Positions 29,167 through 37,673 of a stretch of DNA of 64,000 nucleotides are shown piece by piece. The stretch covers positions 3,870-67,869 of the forward strand of contig CAJVYQ010000022.1 of the NCBI GenBank assembly GCA_913009825.1, given 5' to 3'. The position numbers and the translations under genes were made by a program. The notes under the pieces were generated by a model. It ran no database searches and was not told the origin of the DNA. It was given only the letters and a program-made list of their open reading frames with translations. How positions within the stretch are numbered: position 1 is the first letter of the stretch; every line of letters starts with the position of its first letter. The DNA comes from an uncultured Deferribacteres bacterium. GTDB lineage: Bacteria > Zhuqueibacterota > JdFR-76 > DREG01.

Positions 29167-30486
29167 ATGGTTAAAATGAACTGTAAATTTCGTTTTTTAG
29201 CACTACTTACCTTTTTGCTGTTTTTGCCGGTCACAAATTTGATTGGCGCCGAATCGAACGTGCCAAATTACGCAGATGAAGACCGGGAGCCGGATCATCT
29301 GCAGGAAAAAGCGGCAAAGATATTTCTGGATGTGCCCGGTTATTACCAGGATTATATTAAAACGGAAATCCCATTCGTCAATTATGTGCGGGACAGAAAA
29401 CTGGCACAAGTCCATATCATGATGACATCACAACGAACCGGCAGCGGCGGCAATGAATACACGTTTACATTCACCGGATTGAAAAACTTCGCCGCCCTCA
29501 GCGACACAATGAAATATGTTTCGCGTCAGATGGATACACGGGATATGACACGGCAAGGCATGGTCAAAATACTTAAATTAGGTTTGATGCCTTACATTGC
29601 CAAAACACCCCAGGCAAAATATCTCCACATTTCTTACAGAGTAAAATCGAACCCGATGGATGTGATTGATAAATGGAATTTCTGGGTGTTCAATATTAAC
29701 ACCGATGGTAATCTTGACCTGGAGGAGAGTAAGAAAAATTACCGGCTTGGCGGTTCGCTTTCCGCCAACCGTGTTACTCCCAATTGGAAGATGAGTTTTT
29801 CTCTGAACACCCGGTACAATGAAACCAATATCGAGACATCCGAAGGGTCTATTTCAAGTATTACAAGATCGCCCGGTTTCAGGGGGATCATTGTAAAAAG
29901 TTTGGGAGAGCATTGGTCCGTTGGCGGGTACGCCTCGGCCAGGTCATCGGTTTATTCAAACTTGAATTATTCTTACGGATTTGCGCCGGCGCTGGAGTTT
30001 AATGTGTTTCCCTATTCCATTTCAACCCGAAAGGAATTTCGCTTTCTCTATCGACTTGGCTATAACAATCTTCATTATAATGAAGAGACTATTTTTGATA
30101 AAATGAATGAAGCATTATTCAGCGAAAGTTTGTCTTCTACTCTGGAGATCAAAGAGAAATGGGGTTCGACCTCTACCACGTTGAGAGGTTCCCATTTTTT
30201 TCATGATTTCAGCAAAAACAAATTAGAAATGTCCGGCAATTTAAACATCCGGCTATTCGAAGGAATTTCAATCGATATAAGCGGTAGTATTTCCCGGGTT
30301 CACGACCAGTTGTCATTACCCAAAAAAGGCGCGACGTTGGAAGAAGTTCTGTTGCGCCGGAAACAATTGGCTTCCGAATGGGGAGTATCGACAAGAATCG
30401 GCTTGCGCTACACATTCGGTTCAATTTACAGCAATGTGGTAAATCCGCGTTTCGGTTCCGGCGGCAGGCATAGAAGATACTATTGA
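29167..30486 (+). CDS. Hypothetical exported protein, possible outer-membrane beta-barrel
   Basis: Signal peptide; alternating hydrophobic beta-strand patterns; C-terminal aromatic residues. No known catalytic motif. Confidence 0.55.
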   Translation: MVKMNCKFRFLALLTFLLFLPVTNLIGAESNVPNYADEDREPDHLQEKAAKIFLDVPGYYQDYIKTEIPFVNYVRDRKLAQVHIMMTSQRTGSGGNEYTFTFTGLKNFAALSDTMKYVSRQMDTRDMTRQGMVKILKLGLMPYIAKTPQAKYLHISYRVKSNPMDVIDKWNFWVFNINTDGNLDLEESKKNYRLGGSLSANRVTPNWKMSFSLNTRYNETNIETSEGSISSITRSPGFRGIIVKSLGEHWSVGGYASARSSVYSNLNYSYGFAPALEFNVFPYSISTRKEFRFLYRLGYNNLHYNEETIFDKMNEALFSESLSSTLEIKEKWGSTSTTLRGSHFFHDFSKNKLEMSGNLNIRLFEGISIDISGSISRVHDQLSLPKKGATLEEVLLRRKQLASEWGVSTRIGLRYTFGSIYSNVVNPRFGSGGRHRRYY

Positions 30487-30819
30487 TCTGTTCTGTAGTT
30501 TTTCGGGATCCTGTGATTGTCAAACATCTGCTGGCCGGTGTGCAGTTTGTGCTGGGCGATCTGGAGGCGGATGCTTCGCCGCGGCTGGATTGATGGCTCT
30601 GTTGTTATTCAACCCGGCTCTCTTTCGCCACAAAGATGCCGGGCCACGAAGTTTGAAAAATTTATAGTTACTAATTTACTCAAATTTTATTATGGTCATG
30701 TAAATCATATTAAACAAAAATTGAACCCATCCCGCCGCCGGTTTTTACGGAAAATGAGTTACGGTTTCACCGTTGCAACATTGGGAGGGAACGTGGAATA
30801 TTTAATACAATTCGAGTCT

Positions 30820-31150
30820 GTAAAAATTGCCCGTATCGAGATATTCCCCATTGTCTCTCCCATGGCTGGCCGGTTCAAATTTTTTGAAATCCCCCACGGA
30901 CACATGCCGGACTCCTGTTTCCGGGCAGTGGACTAACCGATCCGGATATTTCTCTTGCCGCGACGCCGGCCTTATTCGGCGCTTTTCAATATAAACTGCC
31001 GGCGGCGTTGAACGGCCCGCAATTTATCAACTACCCGATCCTGAAAAATCCGTTTATCCCCCGTCTTGTCAAGTTGACCGTTCCCGATGAACCGGGGCTG
31101 GGCGTTGAAATGGATATGGAGAAGATGAAGCGAATCATGATTGAAATTTA
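30820..31150 (+). pseudogene. Enolase-superfamily (mandelate racemase/muconate lactonizing enzyme-like) gene remnant
   Basis: N-terminal-like VKIARIEIFPIVSPMAGRFK and, in another frame, C-terminal-like ...LTVPDEPGLGVEMDMEKMKRIMIEI*; the whole barrel domain between them is absent. Confidence 0.4.
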
Positions 31151-31273
31151 AGAATTCGCCATATTTTTTCTGCAGATTTATCAGTTTTTTGTAGGTTGAA
31201 AAAATAATCATTGACTTTTTAGAGATTTCTTGTTAAGATAGCAACATTCTCAAACCAACAGAATGGAGGAATT

Positions 31274-32026
31274 ATGAAGAGATTCATCATTTTAAACATT
31301 GCCATCGTTTTGGGGGCTATGTTTCTTATGGGTTCTGCCTTCGCTCAGGAAGAAAATTATATTGCATCAGGTGATTCTGCCTGGAAGAAATTTGATAATC
31401 AGGCCGCTCTGGAGTACTATAAAGATGCGTTGGCGAATGATACCGGAAATTATGATGCGCTGTGGCGAATCAGCCGCGCTTATGTGGATATTGGCGAACA
31501 TCTGCCTAAAAATCAGCAACTTGGCTATTACGAAAAAGCGCGGTTGTTTGCCGACAGCGCCGTAACAGTTAATCCCAATAAAAACGAGGGATATACCCGT
31601 CGTGCCATCGCGGTCGGTCGGGTTGCTCTGTTCAAGGGTGTGTTTAAATCGATTGGCCTGGTGAAAAAAGTGAAAGCTGATTGCGAGAAGGCATTGTCCA
31701 TCGATCCCAATGATCAGATAGCCCTGTACGTTTTTGCCCGGTCTCATCAGAAAGTGGCCGATAAATCCAAATTCTTCCGTGTGCCCTTAGGGCTTGGTTG
31801 GGCCAGCAACAAAAAAGCCCGGAAATTGTACGAAAAAGCGATTGCCCTGGAACCGGAATCTGTGATGTTCAATCTGGATTATGCCCGGCTTTTGGTTAAA
31901 ACCAAAAAATATGATGAGGCGAAAAAGGTACTGATTAAATTGCAGAGTTTTCCTATTAAAGATGAAGATGATGAAGAAAACAAAACCGCGGCAAAGAAGC
32001 TACTGGAGGAGATCAAAAATAAATAA
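31274..32026 (+). CDS. Secreted TPR-like repeat protein
   Basis: Signal peptide (MKRFIILNIAIVLGAMFLMGSAFA) followed by TPR-like helical repeats. Confidence 0.65.
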   Translation: MKRFIILNIAIVLGAMFLMGSAFAQEENYIASGDSAWKKFDNQAALEYYKDALANDTGNYDALWRISRAYVDIGEHLPKNQQLGYYEKARLFADSAVTVNPNKNEGYTRRAIAVGRVALFKGVFKSIGLVKKVKADCEKALSIDPNDQIALYVFARSHQKVADKSKFFRVPLGLGWASNKKARKLYEKAIALEPESVMFNLDYARLLVKTKKYDEAKKVLIKLQSFPIKDEDDEENKTAAKKLLEEIKNK

Positions 32027-32056
32027 ACCGGTTTGTCGATCGGTTTAGCGAGATCA

Positions 32057-32093
32057 AACCTTCCGGGTTTTAAAAACCCGGAAGGTTTTTTTT
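32057..32093 (+). terminator. Rho-independent terminator
   Basis: AACCTTCCGGGTTT-TAAA-AACCCGGAAGG stem-loop followed by an 8-T tract, directly downstream of the 31274-32026 CDS. Confidence 0.8.
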
Positions 32094-32160
32094 ACGCCCA
32101 AAAGTTTTTTACTTGTCATTTCTGTGAAATCACCATATATTCATCCCTGTTTTATTTGAA

Positions 32161-32260
32161 CCTGAATTGAGCGATTATGAACTTCGGACTATCACTGTCA
32201 AGTGAAATGTCATTCAGTTTAGGTTGAAGTTACAAAAATAACTTCCTTAGACATTTCAGG
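32161..32260. repeat. Family-B-related repeat (CCTGAATTGAGCGATTA end, CATTTCAGG-like inverted end)
   Basis: Shares the CCTGAATTGAGCGATT terminus with copies at 10333, 41359 and 56777; the inverted end is degenerate. Confidence 0.4.
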
Positions 32261-32453
32261 TTTTGTAAACCTAAAAGGTCTTTTATCTAGAGGCTGAACG
32301 AAAAGTATCTAAATTGTATATCAAACATCTTGTTTGAATTATAATCTTATTGAGAAGCAGGAAACTAAACAGTTTATAAAACAAGCAAGATGCATGTTTT
32401 CCACTTTTCGTTAAGACACTATATAGTTGAAGTCATAAAAGAATGAGGAATCC

Positions 32454-33542
32454 ATGCAATTCGGCCTAATTGGTTATCTTAATTCCGGGAGGAAAACGAT
32501 TTTTGAACTGCTGACAGGCAAGCCTCTCAGCGAGAAATATTCCGGGAGTATCGGTGAAGCAATCCCCGGCATCGTCCATATTCGCGATCAGCGGCTGGAA
32601 AAACTGTCCCAACTTTATCAACCGCAAAAAACAACACCGGCAACTGTGGAATTCTTTTTAGCGCCGGACTTTGTCCACAAATCGGACAGCAGCGGGAAGA
32701 ATGCGCCGGCGGCCATGTTTCAGGTTCTCGAGCGGATGGATGTCATCGGTTTGGTTGTCCGGGATTTTGCTGACGATGCCGTTTTCTATGTGGAGGGAAG
32801 CGTGGATGCTGTTCGTGACATCCGCGTTATGCAGGATGAATTGTTGATTCATGATCAGATTTTTCTGGAAAAACGGATCGAACGGATTCGGAAAGATATG
32901 AAATCAAAAACAATGCCGGAAAAAGTAAAAGAGATGGAGTTACTGGAAAACCTGTTGCGTCAAGTGGAAGATGAAAAACCGCTGCGTTCATACTCCTTCA
33001 AAAAAGATGATTTGCAAACGCTGACCAGCTACCCTCTGCTCACCAGAAAGCCAATGATGATTATTCTCAATGTCAATGAAGACAAATTGTCCGGTTCAAC
33101 CAAATTAGCGGAATTGCAGGAAGAGTTCGCTGCGCATCGTTATACCTGGCTGCAACTGTCGGCAAAATTGGAAAATGAATTGTCACATCTGGACCCGGCT
33201 GATCGTGTCGAATTTTTTAAAGAATTGGGTATTGAAACATCGGCTTTGGAAAAACTGACACGGACAGCTTATGAAATGCTGGGTTTGATCTCCTATTTTA
33301 CGGTTGGCAAGGATGAAGTTCGATCATGGATGGTGCGCAAAGACAGCACCGCATCCCGGGCAGCCAGGGTGATCCACGCAGATATCGAACGCGGTTTCAT
33401 TCGCGCAGAATTGATGAAATATGATGATCTGATCCGTGCAGGCAGCGAGCAGAAAGTAAAAGACGCAGGGAAGTTTTATTTGAAGGGGAAAGATTACATT
33501 GTGGAAGATGGCGACATTTTCAGTTTTCGGTTTAATGTGTAG
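32454..33542 (+). CDS. ychF: YchF/Obg-like ribosome-binding ATPase homolog with atypical P-loop
   Basis: C-terminal TGS domain matches YchF (ISYFTVGKDEVRSWMVRKDSTASRAARVIHADIERGFIRAE...GKDYIVEDGDIFSFRFNV); G4 NVNE as in YchF. Walker A reads GYLNSGRKT rather than GxxxxGKS/T. Confidence 0.75.
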   Translation: MQFGLIGYLNSGRKTIFELLTGKPLSEKYSGSIGEAIPGIVHIRDQRLEKLSQLYQPQKTTPATVEFFLAPDFVHKSDSSGKNAPAAMFQVLERMDVIGLVVRDFADDAVFYVEGSVDAVRDIRVMQDELLIHDQIFLEKRIERIRKDMKSKTMPEKVKEMELLENLLRQVEDEKPLRSYSFKKDDLQTLTSYPLLTRKPMMIILNVNEDKLSGSTKLAELQEEFAAHRYTWLQLSAKLENELSHLDPADRVEFFKELGIETSALEKLTRTAYEMLGLISYFTVGKDEVRSWMVRKDSTASRAARVIHADIERGFIRAELMKYDDLIRAGSEQKVKDAGKFYLKGKDYIVEDGDIFSFRFNV

Positions 33543-33766
33543 ATAGGCGCGGAGCGATTTTTGCAAAAAATTTGGGAAATATTCTCGGTGTTACATCGAT
33601 TGCAATGTGACAAATGACAGCAGCAAAAAGGATGTGGACAATGAAGTCGCTGGGACTGTGAACATTCGATGAAGTGTATCCATTTTTCTTGCGATTTATA
33701 CAGTAAAGTTCTCCCGGAGATTTTTACTCATTAAGTTATCCGACTTAGAATATTCTTAACTATTCA

Positions 33767-33852
33767 GGTAAAGTGAGGAAACACCCCCATTGAGGAAAGT
33801 ACGGGGGTGTAAAAAAACTTCCAACACAATCACATATTATTCTGAATAGTTA
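33767..33852. repeat. Small MITE-like element with TAACTATTCAG / CTGAATAGTTA ends (family C)
   Basis: Inverted termini and internal ACCCCCATTGAGGAAAGTACGGGGGTG hairpin; related to 17084-17194. Confidence 0.55.
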
Positions 33853-33859
33853 TGAATAT

Positions 33860-34209
33860 TTGTAACTATTCAGTTCACGTCTGTCTGACACAGGCAGAAA
33901 GCACACGAAACAATCGAATGATCTCATCTAACTTTTTTCCTGTTTTTTTTTGAGTCTTTCGCGGGCTGCCTGAGTAGTGACAATACCGTAACACTTTAGT
34001 TTTTTGAACAAATCCGCTTTCTCTGCGCTCTCTGCGTCTCTGCGTTTTAAAGCGCCTGTTTTTTTAACGCAGAGACGCGGAGGGCGCAGAGAAATTGAAA
34101 AAATCGTCTGCCTATTCAACCCGCGAAACACACGAAATCATACGAATAGGACAAAATAGTTAACGATTCGCGTTTTTTAGCGATATTAGCGGGCAACCTG
34201 AGTAGTTAT
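33860..34209. repeat. MITE-like element, ~350 bp, copy 1 (12-bp terminal inverted repeats TTGTAACTATTCAG ... CTGAgTAGTTA)
   Basis: Near-identical over ~350 bp to 40705-41055, same orientation. Internal long palindrome CTCTGCGCTCTCTGCGTCTCTGCG...CGCAGAGACGCGGAGGGCGCAGAG. No ORF. Confidence 0.8.
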
Positions 34210-34312
34210 GAATATTTATATATTTTAAAGAATCATCTGCATGAGGATTTTTTAATCGACAAATATCAAACCTAAACTGAGTTATTCTTCTATAATCATA
34301 TTAAAAAAAAAG

Positions 34313-34414
34313 GTAACTATTCAGCATTGTGTTCTTTTATGCAGGGCGATTCGCTGAATCGCCTTAGCGAGACAGCGTCTCGCTCTACAAAGAATACTGA
34401 GCCTGAATAGTTAC
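34313..34414. repeat. Small MITE-like element with GTAACTATTCAG / CTGAATAGTTAC perfect 12-bp ends
   Basis: Ends read directly; internal GGCGATTCGCTGAATCGCC hairpin related to the family-B core. Confidence 0.6.
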
Positions 34415-34830
34415 GGAAAAAAGTGTTATTTTGGCTAAAAGGAGGGTTAATTATCAATAATAAAATGGTTTATGATATATGCTATAATATTATAATATGT
34501 TGACATTTATGCTATTTATTACTACATTTATTAATAATAAACGCATACAGACAATTATTATCATAATTATAACAATTGTCATGTGTACAATAATGAACAT
34601 AATAAACCCTCTGTAGTTAAGGATTCACAAAATTATTTCGCCGCACTTATCGGGAGAGATTAGAAGCAAGACAGGGGGATCTAAATTACCCGGAGACAGC
34701 AGATGTATCCCGGTTTGGCGAAACAACAGGAATTTACCACCATGCATGGCGGTATTTTTCTTTTTTACATCTGATTATGTAACTTCGTCTTCCTGATCTA
34801 TTTTCCACCATTGATTTTTATGGTTCCAAA

Positions 34831-35242
34831 ATGATTCTCAAAACATCCTATTGTATGTCTTATCCTGGCTTAAAACTATTAGGCCAAAACCGTCTTTGTA
34901 ATATTGATGATTTTAGTTTTGATTATGGTTGGGGCTTGTTTGCCGGTTTATTGCCGGAACGTTTCGTCTTTGATTCCAGGTTGACCACGTATGAAAATTT
35001 AAACCGGTTGAATCAGAAAGGAATATTATTCATCACCTTAAAACGGCAAGGAAGCAAAACCAAAAACCATAGCTGAAAAATTTATCGATGTTAAAGCTGA
35101 TGTAAACATTAATGACGACTCTGTAGTGGTAAAACTAGCTAAAAAACCTGAAATGCCGTTGGTAATGGATTGGATTAATTCTATAGATACTATCCGAATC
35201 CCTTGGTGGAATAATAAAAAATTAGTTTTCGAATTTGAATAA
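34831..35242 (+). pseudogene. Frameshifted ORF remnant of unknown function (possibly a transposase C-terminus)
   Basis: Two consecutive frames (...FAGLLPERFVFDSRLTTYENLNRLNQKGILFITLKRQGSKTK then EKFIDVKADVNINDDSVVVKLAKKPEMPLVMDWINSIDTIRIPWWNNKKLVFEFE*) with no N-terminal coding region; sits between MITEs and an AT-rich tract. Confidence 0.3.
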
Positions 35243-35440
35243 ACGCGAGGGTTTATTTTATGTGTAAAAATCCCCGGTAAATTTGTAGAATATTCAACAA
35301 CGAAGGGGAAATAATTCCTTTTGGGAGCTCCTGTCGGTTGGGTTGGCAATGGGTTCAGTTTTGGCAAGATGACCGGCATATTATTTGCTCAAAATGCGAT
35401 AAAGTAATGAAAAATTCAAGCATAGTGGATTATTTAGATT

Positions 35441-36415
35441 GTGAAAATGAACGATTCGGAAATATTTGACAGTATCATCATTGGCGCCGGGCCGGCGGGG
35501 ATGACCGCTGCTATTTTTGCCCGGACAAAAAACCTGCATGTTCTGATCATGGAAGGAGGAAAGGCCGGAGGTCAGCTCATCAACCTCTATCCTTACAAGC
35601 CGGTTTATAACTATCCGGGTTATGCGCAAATAACCGCAGGCAAACTTGCGCGGCAAATGATTCGCCAGGTACAGCGATTCGATATCCCGATTGTTGAAAA
35701 TTCTCCCGTTCTTGACATCAGAAAATCAGAGAACGGCGATTTTGAAATCTCAGGAAAGCATTCATTGGTAAAAACGAAAACAATCATTCTGGCGAGCGGA
35801 TTGGGTTTAAGCGAACCGAGGAAATTGAATGTCCCCGGTGAGGATGAACTGAAAGGTTGCGGAATTGAATATACAATTGACGATATTGCGAGCTGGGCCG
35901 GAAAGGAGATCGCCGTTATCGGCGGCGGCAACAGCGCCATCGACAATGCCCTGCTTCTGCAGGAGAAAAATGCCGGAGTTACTTTAATCCACCGTTCGCA
36001 TAAATTAAGGGCAGAAGCAGCCAATGTGGAAAAATTACAACAGAACGATGCCCAAATGCTTCTGGGTTGGCAAACCGTCCGTTTCCAAAAAGAAAACGAT
36101 AGTAAAATTTCCATGAAAATGGAAAATAGCGTGAACAAACAAAGCATGTGCCTCACATTTGATAAAATATTGATTAACGCCGGTCTAAAACCGAACACGG
36201 AACTTTTAGAAAAGACAGGTTTGGAAAAAGCGGGCAAACAGATACAGGTAGATACCGAGATGCAGACATCTGTTCCGGGTATCTTCAGCTGCGGCGATGC
36301 TGTGTTCTATCCCGGCAAAGTCCGGTTGATCGTTACAGCCATCGGCGAGGCAGCAACGGCAGTGAACAGCATGCAAAAATATTTGAATCTGAAATACTCA
36401 CATCTGGGAAAATAA
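35441..36415 (+). CDS. Thioredoxin-reductase-like flavoprotein lacking the CxxC redox centre (TrxR-like FNR/YpdA-type)
   Basis: FAD motif IIGAGPAG and NAD(P) motif IAVIGGGNSA present; the position of the TrxR CATCDG disulfide reads TIDDIASWAG. Confidence 0.75.
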   Translation: MKMNDSEIFDSIIIGAGPAGMTAAIFARTKNLHVLIMEGGKAGGQLINLYPYKPVYNYPGYAQITAGKLARQMIRQVQRFDIPIVENSPVLDIRKSENGDFEISGKHSLVKTKTIILASGLGLSEPRKLNVPGEDELKGCGIEYTIDDIASWAGKEIAVIGGGNSAIDNALLLQEKNAGVTLIHRSHKLRAEAANVEKLQQNDAQMLLGWQTVRFQKENDSKISMKMENSVNKQSMCLTFDKILINAGLKPNTELLEKTGLEKAGKQIQVDTEMQTSVPGIFSCGDAVFYPGKVRLIVTAIGEAATAVNSMQKYLNLKYSHLGK

Positions 36416-37140
36416 TGAGACTCCTCATGACAGCTAAATCAAAACTAAACAGAACCTTGCTGATATTATTCCCCCGGCCTAATTTGGGATGGAAAATCAT
36501 CGATTTGTTTTCACAAAACAGATTTCGGACAGTTGCCGTCTTCGATAAGGAAACGACACGGAAAGACTTTGTTTCAATGTTCGACGATACGGTGGGAATA
36601 ATTACAACTGTTCGCCGGCAAACATTTGAATCCGAATTCTGGCAAAATTTGTCCCGGCAAACAATGAATGAAATGCTGGCCGCACCTGTAATTATTTATT
36701 GCGCCGGGCAGGATTTCATGAAAATAAATGTCAAGGGAGCCGGAGAAGAATGGAAAATCGATCACAAAAGCGATCAGCAAAAAAGGTTGACTTTTATCGA
36801 TCAGTTAATGAACCGGTTTAAATCAAAATCGCTGCGATTATGGTTCAATCTGGCTTCCGGCACGAGCGGGAAAGAAAGTGAAGGGGAGGTTTATTGCAAC
36901 ACCCGTTACGGCATGATTGGATTCAATAAAATTTTTGATTTAAATCCGAAATTTGCCAATATTAAAATGGTCAATATTTGCCTGACTTACTTTCATCATC
37001 AGCTCAAAAATGAACCAATGAAGAACTGCGCTTATTGTGCTGCAGAACATTTCCCTGATGCCCTAAAATTCATTCGTGATGAGACCGGTTTGGGAGAATA
37101 TCTGTTGCAGGAAAGTGAAAAATTGATCGACCCTGCGTAA
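36415..37140 (+). CDS. Hypothetical protein, translationally coupled to the TrxR-like flavoprotein
   Basis: Start overlaps the upstream stop (ATAATGA); 241 aa; no confidently recognisable motif. Confidence 0.55.
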   Translation: MRLLMTAKSKLNRTLLILFPRPNLGWKIIDLFSQNRFRTVAVFDKETTRKDFVSMFDDTVGIITTVRRQTFESEFWQNLSRQTMNEMLAAPVIIYCAGQDFMKINVKGAGEEWKIDHKSDQQKRLTFIDQLMNRFKSKSLRLWFNLASGTSGKESEGEVYCNTRYGMIGFNKIFDLNPKFANIKMVNICLTYFHHQLKNEPMKNCAYCAAEHFPDALKFIRDETGLGEYLLQESEKLIDPA

Positions 37141-37673
37141 AAATCAGCGCCTGATTGGGAACTTGTCAGCCAAGGTGAAACCGTATTTAAAATTGATCCA
37201 TTAAAATAAAGTCAACCCAACTTTCGCACTTCATCGCAGCTAAAAATAATTTAAAAAGTGAAGTTAGTTATTAATAAACAGTCAGTTGCATATATTTTCA
37301 ATGATTTTAATATAGTCCATAAGTCCTTAAAAAACAACGAAGATATGTTAACATGCGGAAAGTAGTGCATGACCATAAAGAAGATACAGACCGCCGGGAA
37401 ATGGGATTCCGCCGGAAAACAGGTTTAATGATTCAAAGAGGAAACAGAAGACAAGGCTGATGTTGCTGAAGTCTTTATAGACGATGTAGAAGAAGGAGTG
37501 ATTGCCGTCAGATAGTCGTGGCGTTGGTTCTTAACGGCGAGGGTTTTATCCGCCGCTATCGTATCTTTAATGGCAAGAAAGATGAGCGATGTCAACTCTT
37601 TAGAACATATTCTAAAAGCTCTCAAAGAAGATTTTTAAAGGCAGTGAAATCTCTACAATAATAATGGATCCCG

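Noticed and set aside
30517-30936. 139-aa + strand ORF
   Set aside because: The translation runs across what look like fragments of a decayed enolase-superfamily gene in mixed frames; treated as a pseudogene region rather than a real protein.
33543-34830. Possible CRISPR array, suggested by the dense repeats
   Set aside because: The repeats are inverted-repeat-bounded elements of differing lengths and orientation, not regularly spaced direct repeats with unique spacers; no cas genes in the window.
35620-36237. 205-aa minus-strand ORF
   Set aside because: Antisense to the TrxR-like flavoprotein gene; composition typical of a shadow frame.
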